From NCBI GenBank assembly GCA_951406725.2, contig OX597823.1, positions 3,472,001 through 3,536,000 of the forward strand: a DNA stretch of 64,000 bases. The letters run 5' to 3'. The notes under the pieces are model-generated. The model saw nothing but the letters and a program-made list of their open reading frames with translations, had not been told where the DNA came from and did not search any database. This document shows positions 1-13,302 of the stretch, piece after piece. Position numbers and translations under genes: made by a program. Source of the DNA: Octopus vulgaris (lineage: Eukaryota). Position 1 is the first letter of the stretch, and every line of letters begins with the position of its first letter.

Positions 1-3000
1 ACTCATTCTTACTAGCTAAGTGAACAGGAGCAATGTGACCTGAAGTGTTTTGCTCAAGAATGCAACACGTCGCCCAGTCAAGGAATTGAAACCACAATCT
101 TACGATCGTGAGTCCAACACTCTTACCACAAAGCCATGCACCTCCACACACAACCAGCTTCTTTCAGAGTCTGTCCACAAATCCACCAATAAAGTTTTGG
201 TCAACATGGGGTTAAAGTAGAAGACACTCACCCGAGGTGCCATGCAGTGGAAGTGAACCTGACGCCACACAGTTGAGAAGCGTTTGAACCACACAGCCAT
301 GTCTACTTAGAAATATCAAAGCACTTTCAGCACAAGAACAAAATGCCTAAGGCTGTTGTTGAGAAACAATATCCCTCATCACAAGTACAAGTCTCTCACA
401 CACAGCATCCATCTTTTATAACTTGCTTTATTCTAGTTAATGTTCCAGTGATAACAACTGGCTCCATCATCATCATCTTTTCTTACTTCTTTATTGCCCA
501 CAAGAGGCTAAACATTGAGAGGACAAACAAAGGGATTAAGTCGATTACATCAACCCCAGTGCGAAACTGGTACTTTATTTATCGACCCCGAAAAGATGAA
601 AGGCTAAGTAGACCTCGACGGAATTTGAACTCAGAACGTAGCGGCAGACGAAATACCACTAAGAATTTCGCCCAGTGTGCTAACGATTCTGCCGGCTCAC
701 CACCTTTTCTTATACAACTCGTCTTTTGTTATACAGAAGCTCATCAGAGTGTGGAGGTCAGTTGGATGTGTAACGTTAACTTGCATGGAAAAATGAAGAA
801 CACTTGAGAGAGAGGTGAAGCATTTTAAGTCTCAACCAATGTGTGTAAGGGGGGGGAGACAGACAGAGAGAAAGTCTTGTAAATTGATGACACCTGTTTC
901 GTAAAGAAGTACCATTTGTTACATTCTGAGAAGAGGTTCTGTCACATTATCACCAAGATTTTTATCTCTCTTTCCAGCTACTCCCACCTACCATTATATA
1001 ATGAGAGGTTAGTCTTCTATCTCTTCCGTAGCAAATCACTTGTACGTATTTCTCTATTACATTCTAGCATCTAAAATCTGACATAAAACCCCTTCTCCTT
1101 CTTCTACAATCCCACTCACTCGAGTGAGAGACTTTTTTTTTTTTGTTCTTTGTCTTGTGAGTTACCTGGCACTTCATTGGTGCTGGTGCCACACAAAAAT
1201 AAACCCAGTTCATTGTGTAAAGTGACTGGCATTAGGAAGCGCATCCAGCCATAGAGGCCATGCCAATGATGATGACACTGAACCTCCAGCATGAGAGATG
1301 GAGGTTAAATGATGATGATGGCAAGGAAGACATTGAAGAGGTTGGATATCAGGAAGTTGACTTCAGACAAGATGACACAAGAGTCAAAGGTTGGCAAAAT
1401 GCCATACAGAAAATCTACCAAAGCCATTTTATCAAAGGAAAAACAAATCAGATGTTAAATCTGTGATCATGATGAACCTAATTACATATGCACACACTGT
1501 GTATGTCATCATCATTTAACATCCACCTTCCATGCTGGCATGGGTGGGACAGTTTGGCAGGAGCCTGCACCAGGCTTCTGTGACTGTTTTGGTAGGATTT
1601 TTACAGCTGGACGCTGTAACGCCAGCCACTCAGCTTGTACAATGAAAGACAAAAATGACAGCTAAGGAAGAAAGAAGTTTGTTGACCACAAACACTCACT
1701 GTCTTCATAACAGCTGAAACAGGAATTTAATCATCATCATCATCGTTTAACGTCTGTTTTCCATGCTAGCATGGGTTGGATGGTTCGACTGGAGTATGAG
1801 AAGCCAGGAGGCTGCACCAGGCACCAGTCTGATCTGGCAGTGTTTCTACAGCTGAATGCCCTTCTTAACACCAGCTTTTTACGTGCCACCGGCACAAGTG
1901 CCAGGCAAGGCTGACAATGGCCACGATCGGTTGGTGCTTTTTACGTGCCACCGTCACAGAGGCCAGTCGAAGCGGCGTTGGCAACGGCCACGTTCAGCTG
2001 GTGCTTTTTACGTGCCACTGGTATCACAAGTACAATTTCCATTGATTTTTGATCAATTTCCAATCAACAATTTTAAACTTTCATCCACACCAACTCATCT
2101 CACCTTAAAACAGATTCCTTTATGAAATAAAAATTTCAGAAGTGATACTGGCAAAAAAATTTCCTTTAATTTCGAAAATTTAAAATTTGTTCAGCCCACA
2201 ATTTAAAACCTTTTACAAATTTTAAACACTCACCATCAACATCATTTTTTTTTTTTGCTTGCATGGGTCAGGTGGAATTTAGATGAAGAAGATTTTCTAC
2301 ATTTCCAAGCAAGGTAATATTTCCCCATGGCCAGACATGCCTTTCACAGCAGACTGGAAACAAACATCATTGCTTCTATGATGATGATGCTCGTTTACAG
2401 CCATCATGAGGAGTTGAGACAAAAGAAGACATACACACACATATGTACAGAGGCATGCACACACACACACATATATATTTACTCGTACTTGTTTCAGTCA
2501 TTTGACTGCGGTCATGCTGGAGCACTGCCTTTAGTCGAACAAATCAACCCCAGGACTTATTCTTTGTTAGCCTAGTACTTATTCTATTGGTCGCTAATGC
2601 TGAACCGCTAAGTTACGGGAACGTAAACACACCAGCATCGGTTGCCAAGCAATGTTGGGGGGCAGGGACAGACACACAAACACACACACACATATATACA
2701 TATATACAACAGGCTTCTTTCCGTTTCCATCAACCAAATCCACTCAAAGGCTTTGGTTGGCTTGAGGCTATAGTAGAAGACACTTGCCCAAGGTGCCATG
2801 CAGTGGGACTGAACCCGGAACCATGTGTTGGTAAGCAAGCTACTTACCACACAGCCACTCCTGTGCCTATATACAAGTTCAAAATTTACAGAAAGCAAAG
2901 GACGAAGACAGGTGAGGGAACCACAAACAGGTGTATCAGTTTGGTGCATGAGAAGAGAGGGAAAGGTTTTTCTGTTTTGAGCTACACACTTTGACAGAAA

Positions 3001-4799
3001 AAAAAATGCCGGAATTAACAGTTCAACACGATTATACATATATACAATGGCCTATTCAGTTTGTGTTTGCCAAATCCATTCACAGGGTTTGGTCTGCCTG
3101 GAGCTATCATAGAAGACACCTGCCCAAAACGCCATGCAGTGGGACTGAACCTGGGACAATACGATTGAGAAGCAAGGGTCTTAAACACACACCTACACCG
3201 GCCCTTATACAGCTACTCCTGTGCCGAGAATCCTTAACAAATTTTCAAAACTCACCATCATTTTGTGATCCCAACACTGTGGTCTCATCATCCATGTCTT
3301 TATCTCATTTTCTAGTTCCATCACAATTACTTAAACCTGCCTTTATATAATGTGAGGTAGCCATGGACCTCCTCTACAGCAATAGAGCTGTTCTAGTCTC
3401 ATCATCATCGTTTAACATCTGCTTTCCATGCTAGCATGGGTTGGACGATTTGACTGAGGACTGGCGAACCAGATGGCTGCACCAGGCTCCAATCTGATCT
3501 GGCAGAGTTCCTAACACCAACCATTCTGAGAGTGTAGTGCCACTGGTACGAGGGCCAGTCAGGCAGCACTGGCAACGGCCACGCTCAAATGGTGCTTTTT
3601 ATGTGCCACCTGCACAGGATCCAGTCCAATCTTCATAATTTACTTCTTTAGCAACCAAATTATTCTGTCAAATATAATGCTTATTTATTCACATTGATTG
3701 GAATTAATCGTGTATTATCTCCTAGCTTCAACATTTCAATGATGTGATTGCATATTTCTAGAATGACTTTGTTGGGTAGGTGTGAGAGGCTGGATCTGGT
3801 CATTTTGAACCTAAAACTTGTAGAATATTAGGGCCTGAAATGGACAGCTTAGGTGCTAAAGGATTATTCTCTCAACAGTTAGTATAAAGTCAAGGGTATT
3901 CTTTAGTCTTAGGAGTATAGAAACCTCGCTAATGCTAGCGCCATGGATAAAGCACCAAGTACACTCTGGAAAATGACTGGCATTATATGTTTGCTAACCC
4001 TGTATTTCCTCTATATTAAGAAACCTCTTCATGTTCTTCCTTCATCCTTCATCTTATGCTCTCTAAACTCTGCCAATTTGTTGTCTATGGCAGTAGTGAT
4101 GATTCTTCTATTCACCAAATGATATCAGATCAAAATTCACCAAATATGTACAAAAGAACAGAGTTTAAAGTAGACATAATTAAGCTCAGCAGTTTTCTGA
4201 TAATTCCTTTTAAGATGTGTACAGTTAATGTTTGCAGCGCTAATAGTTACTAAATTGGTTCTTTACATTGAAGAATCAAAAATTTCAGTACTAAATTGCA
4301 GAGGATTAAATGACGGACTAAATTCATAACCTAGCTCCGTTTCCTGGTAGGAACCGACTCCCTCCTAATTACACGACTACTGCTCTTGAGAACAACATGA
4401 ACATCACATAATCTCAGTCTCTTCTCCAATAAATTTGCTGTTTTCTACCAAATTATAAGAAATCAATAACAAATTTTTGTTTCTGTTTAGATTTTTACTT
4501 GTTTATAACTTTTTTTTTGTTTTTTAGATTTTTTATTTCTGTCTTTTTTTAACCCATTTGGTTTATATATATTTTATTTATTCTATTTATTTGATGGAGG
4601 TAGTGAGGGAAACAACACAATTATCTGAAAATAGCATTTTGGATAGAAAAAAGTCTTTTAAAAGATTCAAACACTCTGAAAGAATCTCAACAAGCAAAAA
4701 AAAAAAAGGAAGAAAGAAAGAAGCCTAACATAGAACAACCTATATAGAAAGAATACAGGAAATTCTGGTCGCTGCCAGGTCGGGGGGGGGGGATCCGAA

Positions 4800-5111
4800 A
4801 CAGTGAGAGGAGAGAGAGAGAGAGAAAGAATGAAAGAGAGAGAGAGAGAGAGAGAGTGTTGAAATGAAGGTTAGAATTAAGACTGACGGACTGACAGATT
4901 GACAGAATGGATTGTTAGAAGTGTTTGGGGGAGAGGAGGAGAGAAGGGGAGAGGAAAAAGAGAAGGAAGAGAGAAGGGGGAGAGGAGGAGAAATAGAAAG
5001 AAGAGAGAAGGGGAGAGGGAAAAGAGAAGGAAGAGAGAAGGGGGAGAGGAAAAAGAGAAGGAAGAGAGAAGGGGGAGAGGGGATTTAAAACTGTTGTGTA
5101 ATGTGTCGGTG

Positions 5112-5147
<36 letters not shown>

Positions 5148-5373
5148 AATGAAAGGAAAGGGAGCAGAAATAGGAGAGAAAGTGAAAGAGAAAGAAATAG
5201 AGAGGGGGAAGAGAGAGAAACAGAAAGAAGGGGAGAGATATAGAGAGGAGAAAGACAAAGAGGGGGGGTGAGTGAGGGAGGGAAAGGGGGAGAGAGAAAG
5301 GTACAAAAAGAGAGAAGTGGGGGGGGGAAAGAGACATGAAAATGCATGGACCGGAGCATAGAAAGAGGAAAAT

Positions 5374-5413
<40 letters not shown>

Positions 5414-5540
5414 CAGCGATAGACAAACAGACAGAAAAAAAAGTGAGACTAAGACGAGACACGGAGAAAGAGAACCAATGTGTAAAGGAGGAGGAGGAGG
5501 ATGGAGGTGATGGTGGGAGGAGAAAGGAGATGAAAGGGAG
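4800..5540. repeat. GA-rich polypurine / (GA)n low-complexity tract
   Basis: Almost purely A/G on the plus strand, with a repeated AAGAGAGAAGGGGGAGAGG unit. Confidence 0.9.
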
Positions 5541-5790
5541 GCACCGAAATGAAGAGCATTTGAAGTGTGGATGCAAGTTTGTTTCAAACATTTCTATTCA
5601 GTAACAGACGTTCCCCCCCCCCCTCCGGATCGATCTCGAGTCGTGAATATAGGATTACAAGAGAAACATACTCGGCAGATGAACTTCCGGCATCTATTGA
5701 ATGAGAGGAGATTAGGAAAGGGAAAAGAGAAAACAACAGACAGACACACCACACAACACTAGATCAACACGTGTGAGCATGTAGACAGAC

Positions 5791-6066
<276 letters not shown>

Positions 6067-6123
6067 AGATAAATTAGACGGGGCTGATTTTGTGAATGAA
6101 ACAAACTAGATCTGCACACTAAG

Positions 6124-6158
<35 letters not shown>

Positions 6159-7360
6159 TATGTACATAGAAAGAGAGGGGTAAAAGAGAGAGTGCATGTG
6201 CACAGACAAGCTCTATGTATATATAATGAGAAACAGCAGAATTGTACATCCGCTTTTCCATGCCTATGTGGAATGGGCAGGACATTATGGTTCGATTCAC
6301 TGTCCTTGCAGACATGTCAAGCATGGCTTTTATAACTGAATATCTATTCTACCGTCAACCATTTTACAGAGAGCATGAGGTGCACCGTTTTATATAATAG
6401 TACAAAATATGGATTCTGAGAATTGTTCGGCCGTCACAGTAAACTCGTGCAATGGATTTGGCTAGCAGTCCAAATAATGATCACAAAGTAGGGTAAAAGT
6501 GCCGTCCAAACAGAAACTCCAAAAAATCCGAGCGATAAATTATTCTGGGAGTATATAAAGCATGAAATCAAGAGATTCATTAAACGTTATTGATGCCTAC
6601 ATTGCGAAATGGCAATAATCCCTTGTAGTCACATGGTCAAAGAAATCTATATTCACCTCTCATATTTCATGACTCTATACAGTTTATAAACACATCGTCG
6701 TCGGCATCATTAACGTCTGTCTTCTATGCTGACATGAGTTAGATGCTTTGACAGGAGCTGGTAAGCCTAGAAACTACGCAAAGCACCACTCTCTACTCTG
6801 GTATGTTTTTTTACAGCTGGATGCCCTTCCTAATGCCAACCACTTTACAAAGTGGACTGGGTGCTTTTTATGTGACCTCAGTGAGGTCACCATATATTTT
6901 ACAAGACAAAAAAATTCCTCAACTGAGAGAGGGGGTAGTGTTGAAGGAGGTGGCCTTGTGTCAGGTGATGAGAAGTTAACTATAACAGAGAGACAGAAAC
7001 AATTATCTTGTTATGGAGAAGACACTTGGTTATCCGCATCAGAGAGAGAAAATGAAAGTAGCAGAGAGCGAGAATAAGAAAGAGCAAGAGAGATGGCAGC
7101 AATGTACTAGGACATATACAGATATGTGCACATATATGTATATATACGTACACATATATGTAATCTTGCCTAATATATTCATAAATCAAAATGACCCTCT
7201 TTGATACAAAAGGAAACAACACACAATGCTGTTTAAGAAATAACAGTTTAGAAATTTCAAGAGATGTGAAATAATTTGTTTTTAACAGCGGAACGTCAAG
7301 TAGATAAAGCTATCTCCTTGTAAATATTGTGTAAATATTGGGTTCAAAAATCCTTAGAAT

Positions 7361-7406
7361 TGAAAAAGTCAAAGGCTGTCCCATGAGACAGCCTTTGACT
7401 TTTTCA
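7361..7406. repeat. Near-perfect 46-bp palindrome
   Basis: TGAAAAAGTCAAAGGCTGTC-CCATGA-GACAGCCTTTGACTTTTTCA, with 20-bp perfect arms. Confidence 0.9.
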
Positions 7407-7891
7407 CCTATTCTTTACACATTATGGTGAGCTGGTAGAATTGTTAGCCTGCTGGACGAAATGGTTAGCAACATTTCCTCTGGATTTACATTCAGAGTGA
7501 CTTATCCTTTCAGGGTTGATAAAGTACCAGTTGAGCACTGGGGTCAATCAACTAGCCCCTTCCTCCCAAATTTCAAGCCTTCTGCTTACTGTAGAAAGGA
7601 TTATCTATAGATTTCTCTACTTCAAGTTCCACTGTTAAATGCAAATTAATCAACATAAAATATTAAACAATGTATATATACATATATATATTTCTTTACT
7701 AACCACAAGGGGCTAAACACAGAGGGGACAAACAAGGACAGGCAAAGAGATTAAGTTGATTACATCGACTCCAGTGCGTAACTGGTACTTAATTTATCAA
7801 CCTCGGCGGAATTTAAACTCGGAACGTAGGGACAGATGAAATACGGCTACACGTTTCACCCAGCGTGCTAACGTTTCTGCCAGCTCGCCAC

Positions 7892-7944
<53 letters not shown>

Positions 7945-7948
<4 letters not shown>

Positions 7949-9185
7949 GCCATTCCATAAACGTGGTTTTTTTCAATTGCATGAACTAAAAGTCGGAGGA
8001 TGGGATAAACTAGCTGCATCAACTTGCTATAAAAGCAGGTAGTAATTTTACCTTGTACTTATTCTTAGTGCAAGTTTTGAGGAGTGCAGTTCAATTTTAA
8101 CAGTTATTTTTCAAGGCTATAATGGAAGTGACAAAGGGGCATATTTGGTATATTTTGTTTTATTAGTTCAATAAAAGCAACAACGCAATGAAAAGTGCAA
8201 GGAATATTAATTCAGTATATGGGGATCGGACAATAAGCGTAAGCCAGTGTCAACAGTAGTTCCAGAAATTCCGAGCCGGAAACTACAGCCTAGAAGACAA
8301 GCCTCATCCTGGAAGATCTGTAGAGCTCAACAAGGACGTCCTGCAAAACCCTGGCGGAACAAAACCCCATCGTAGCTGTTGAGGAACTAGCAGAGAAGCT
8401 TAGATTTGGTCATTCAACCATTCATCAATGCATGCTATCGGAAAAGTCAGCAAATTGGGTCAATGGGTTCCTCACAAACTTTCCGTGTCTAATTGCACAC
8501 TGTCACTTCTCACGAATGAACTTTTTATGGACCCGAATAGTGATAAGAAATGGGTTCTCTATAAAAATGTCAAGTGACAAAGACAGTGGGTAGGGAAAGG
8601 AGAAACACCAGCACCCTAGGTTAAAGAAGGTCTTCACCTATGTACGGTGTTGTTATCTGTTTTGTGGGATATGAAAGGTTTAGTCCACTTTGAACCTTTA
8701 AACCCAAACCAAACGATAACAAAGGAGATCTACTGTGAGCAGCTTCATCAGCTTGAGTCCAGTGCTAGAAGAAAAACGACCATCTTTGCTTTCAAGATGA
8801 AAGGTGATCTTCCATCAGGATAATGCTCAGCCATATACAGTGAGGATGACATTCCAAAGGCTGGAGCAGTCTGAATGGGAAACCATGCCCCACCCACCAT
8901 ATTCACCAGATGCTGCTGCATCTGACTATCATTTATTCCCCAGTCTTCAAAATCAATTGGACGGAAAAAACATGAATTCTGTAGATGAGGTCAGAACAGT
9001 ACTGGAGGAGTATTTTTGTCACAGACAAGTGAATTTTGGAAGAGGGGGCCTGGCAAGTCTACCAGATAGATGGAAAAGCATTGTAGAAAATGAAAGAGCA
9101 TATTTTAGATTAAAAAAGAACTTTATCTTAATTTTGAAAAATAAAAGAAGTATAAAAAAGCTGTATTATTCATGGGAGGATCCAA
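7945..9185 (+). mobile_element. Decayed full-length mariner (DD34D) transposon
   Basis: Pseudo-ORF from ATG 8122 with stops and frameshifts: HTH region (ARNINSVYG..FQKFRAGNYSLED), WVPHKL, DKKWVLYKN, FHQDNA, HPPYSPDAAASDYHLF. Degenerate TIRs TTGGGCCATTCCATAA / TCATGGGAGGATCCAA. Abuts a (TA)n tract on the left; length ~1.24 kb. Confidence 0.9.
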
Positions 9186-9920
9186 TGCACATACATACAT
9201 GCACACATACATGTTCATCATTGCTACTTTATACTCTCACATGAAATGATATATCTTAAAATTGTCTCAGTTCAATCTGTAACAAGATATATCAAGGGCT
9301 AAGGCCTTCCGGAACTGAATTTACAGCACGTAACATGATAAATAACAACAATAACCGTCTGTAATTACACATTTAACCTGAAAGCTAATGGATACTGTCT
9401 GTTCTTGTTTAACATCTGAATATCAATTTACTAAATCCCATATATTAAACTAACATTTTTTTAATAATAAATTTTAGATCCATTACTTTTAATAAATCAA
9501 CATCATCATTTAACATGTCTAGTTGACTCTTTCATGCTGGCACGGGTCAGACAATTCAACAGGATCTGACAAGCTGGAGGCCAGTTGAGCTTCAATGTAT
9601 TTGGCATGATTTTAAGAGCTGGATGCCCTTCTTAATGCCAACCATTTTGCAGAATGTATCGAGTACATTTGTTCATAGCACTGGCACTAGTGAGGGACAC
9701 TACATAACCTACAAAACAAGACACCCTGATTGAGGCAGAGAGGTATCGAGCAAGGTGCCTTTATGCCACGTGTTGACAGGCATAGGTGTCTTTCTTTAGA
9801 GGAGATTACATGGCCACCCAAGGTGGATAAAGAGAAAAGAGATGGTGGTGATGAGGTGCCAGGATGTATCTTTAAGGTTCAAGGAAAAAGTGGAATATAA
9901 GAGATAATATGTGTATGCAT

Positions 9921-9956
<36 letters not shown>

Positions 9957-9959
<3 letters not shown>

Positions 9960-10455
9960 AAGACCTGTTGAGGCAAGTGAAAATCAAAACAAATCAAAAT
10001 AGATGAACATCAATGGAATTTGTATCTTTGTGGTACCAGTGCTGGTGGCACACAAGAAAACCAGTACCGCATTGACTGGCATCCGTGCTGTGGGCACGTA
10101 ACAAACACCATCCGATCGTGGCCGTTCGCCAGCCTCATCTGGCACCTGTGTCGGTGGCACATAAAAACACCATCCGAGCGTGGCCGTCTGCCAGCCTCGT
10201 CTGGCACCTGTGTCGGTGGCACATAAAAAACACCATCCGAGCATGGCCGTTCGCCAGCCTCGTCTGGCACCTGTGTCGGTGGCACATAAAATCACCCACT
10301 ACACTCTCGGAGTGGTTGGCATTAGGAAGGGCATCCAGCTGTAGAAACACTGCCAGATCTGACTGGCCTGGTGCAGCCTTCGGGCTCCCCAGACACCAGT
10401 TGAACCGTCCAACCCATGCTAGCATGGAAAGCGGACGTTAAATGATGATGATGAT
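9957..10455 (+). mobile_element. RTE 3'-UTR copy (or SINE sharing it) with internal ~58-bp tandem repeats
   Basis: Same start and tail as 10805-11379; about three GCACCTGTGTCGGTGGCACATAAAA units at 10140-10290. Confidence 0.8.
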
Positions 10456-10462
10456 ATTATAT

Positions 10463-11377
10463 ATGATGCGATGGATGTGTAATATCAGTGTGCATACTCG
10501 ACAGAGTGTAAGTACCTTCAGAAAGAAGCATTAGATGTGGTGTGCAATAGAGACGACTGCACTGGTATGGCCAGGTGGCGAGAATGGATGAGGATAGCTG
10601 TGTGAAAAAGTGCCACACCCTAGTGATTGAGGGAACCTGTGGAAGAGGTAGACCTGGGATGTAGTAGTGAAGCATGACCTTTGAACTTTAGGCCTCACCA
10701 AGGAAATGTCTAGTGACCGAGACTTTTGGAAATATGCTGTGCTTGGGGCGTAACCAGCCCACTTAAGTGTACCTTTTCCTTCTTTGGACACTAAACTCTA
10801 CTTGCGAAGACCTGTTGAGGCAAGTGAAATCCTAATTCAAATCAAAATCGATGACTGGCATCCGTGCTAGTGGGGTGCAAAGAGTACCATATGAGTGTGA
10901 TCGCTGACAGAGCGGCTAACCGGCTTCTGTGCCAGTGGCACATAAAAGGCACCATTCGAGTGTGATTGTTACCAGTGTCGCCTTACTGGCATTTGAGCCC
11001 CATGCTAGTAGGGTGCCAAGAGCACCATCCGAAGATGATCATTGCCAGAGTGGCTAACTGGCTTCCGTGCCGGTGACATGTAAAAGGCACCATTCAAGCG
11101 TGATTGTTACCAATGTCGCCTTACTGGCACCTGTACCAGTGGCATGTGTAAAAAGATTCAAGCGAGGTCGTTGCCAGTACCGCCTGACTGGCCCCCGTGC
11201 CGGTGGCACGTAAAAAGCACCAACTACACTCCCGGAGTGGTTGGCATTAGGAAGGCCATCCAGATGTAGAAACTCTGCAAGATCAAGATTGAAGCCTGGT
11301 GAAGCCATCTGGTTCGCCAGCCCTCAGTCATTTGTCCAACCCATGCTAGCATGGAAAGCGGACGTTAAACGATGATG

Positions 11378-11379
<2 letters not shown>
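10463..11379 (+). mobile_element. 5'-truncated RTE-clade LINE: ORF C-terminus plus long repetitive 3' UTR and (GAT)n tail
   Basis: Frameshifted MMRWMCNISV..RRLHWYGQVARMDEDSCVKKC..EGTCGRGRP..KHDL..DRDFWKYAV runs directly into GAAGACCTGTTGAGGCAAGTGAAATC...AGGAAGGCCATCCAG...CCATGCTAGCATGGAAAGCGGACGTTAAACGATGATGAT. Confidence 0.85.
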
Positions 11380-11418
<39 letters not shown>

Positions 11419-13302
11419 TTCTTTTACTTGTTTCAGTAATCTTGACTGCGGCCATGCTGGAGCACTACCTTGTAGGGTTTTAATAAAACAAGTCAACCCC
11501 ACAGCTTATATTTTAAAGCTTAGTACTTATTCTATTGGTCTCTTTTACTGAACCACTAGGTTACAGGGGTGTAAACACACCAACATCAGTTGTCAAGTGG
11601 TAAGGGGGTGGGACAAACACAGACACAAAGACATACATAGATACACAGACACACACGTGTGTGTGTGTATGATGGGATTCTTTCAGTTTCCGTTTACCTA
11701 TCCACTCAAAAGATTTTGGTCAGCCCAAGGCTATAGTGGAAGACACTTGCCCAAGGTGCCACACAGTGGGACTGAACCTGGAACCATTTAGTTGGGAAGA
11801 AAGCTTCTTACCACACAGCCTCGCACGCATGTGTGTGTATGCCCACATTTTTTATATATACATATATTCTATTTAATAATATCTGTAGTTTTATTTTGGG
11901 TAGCTATTGGTTACCTTGCATACCAAGTCTTGTGTATACATAAAGCCTACGCGCATGTTCATAGATTCCACTTAATTGCATAATTCTTATGCAATAAACT
12001 GGATTCTAATAGTAGGCAATAAATTACAAGATTTTAAAACATCGTTTTCATACATCTTTCACTGGTAAAGTATAGTGTTTTATGTATCTGTAACAATTAA
12101 AATAATTGTGTGTTCGTGATAGTCATGTTTGACCTTGGAAAGTACTTCGACTTGTCGTTCGCTCTTACACACTAAATACTCGCTCTAGCTTTTACGCAAT
12201 TATATCTTATATGTACACAGCTCTGTCAATAACAACACACGGTGCTACAGGACAATATGTCGCCAACGTTGTCGACAATGTGTACGCTGAAATTCCCCAC
12301 TGTTAAAAGTTAGGCATTCTTTTGGATTTTGATCACAAATGAAAAGTGTATAGCGTTTTTGACACTGTTACAGGCCTTTTGGTAAGAGCCTAAGGCCTCC
12401 CTCTCGAGAGGAAACCAGACTCCAGCTCAGGATGTGAATACTTGAAAACGTCCTCTCCTCCAATTGATGTTGGAAATCCCCACACGCACACTTCCTAAAG
12501 ATCTTCTTCATGGCTCAGAAGTATCATGGATTCAGTGCCGAAGAACGATAACGGGACAATGAAAAGTTTCTTCGGCCTGATGGGGATACTAGACTGACCC
12601 AAGCGCCTATGAATGTGGAGTAGCAGACCATACTGTGGAGCAAAGCTTCGTCTGCCCTCTTCTACCCAACACCTGCAACTGAAAAGACTTTCCAGAGTTC
12701 AATAAAAAGACAAAGAACTGTGTAGAGAAAAGAGGAAATCGTCATACAGTCATTAGGCTTCGAAAAATCGAAGAAAAAAGATCGCGTACGAAATAAATGA
12801 TTCTAGAAATTGCAATACATTTCTGTAGGATTCAAAACCATTACCGAGATTGATGGTATTCATTTATCAAACACAAAATTCAAAAACATAATTAAAGAAA
12901 AAATTTAAGTTTATGCTTATCGAACTGTAATAAAAAAAACCCCGAAAGTTTTCAATTAATAAAAGCATTAACGAACAGAAAGTGTCCAACTTTCACATTC
13001 CAAATATCGATTCTTAAACGATCCACCTTATATTTTATTTATTTTCATTTTTATTTTTTTAATAATCAAACAACATTCAACAACTGCTGCAGGCGAAACA
13101 AGAGAAGCACAATTGTAAATTATGATATAACAATTTTTTAACGCTTTGTATACACGTAATTATGTTCCACCCAGTACAATCTAATTACATATATATATAT
13201 ATATATAAGTTCAGCAAAAATTTAGATTCAGATCAATATGGTACTTAAGTTAAAGGCACCAGAATTTGGTATGGTGTTATCCATATAAATCAAATGGGGT
13301 GA

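Noticed and set aside
2587-3039. Recurrent ORFs containing EAIVEDTCPRCHAVGLNPEPC or FLQLDALPNANH
   Set aside because: Chance translations of SINE family A and the RTE 3' UTR, not a protein family.
10080-10300. Regularly spaced ~58-bp repeats resembling a CRISPR array
   Set aside because: Whole units repeat with no unique spacers, there are no cas genes, and the context is a eukaryotic RTE 3' UTR.
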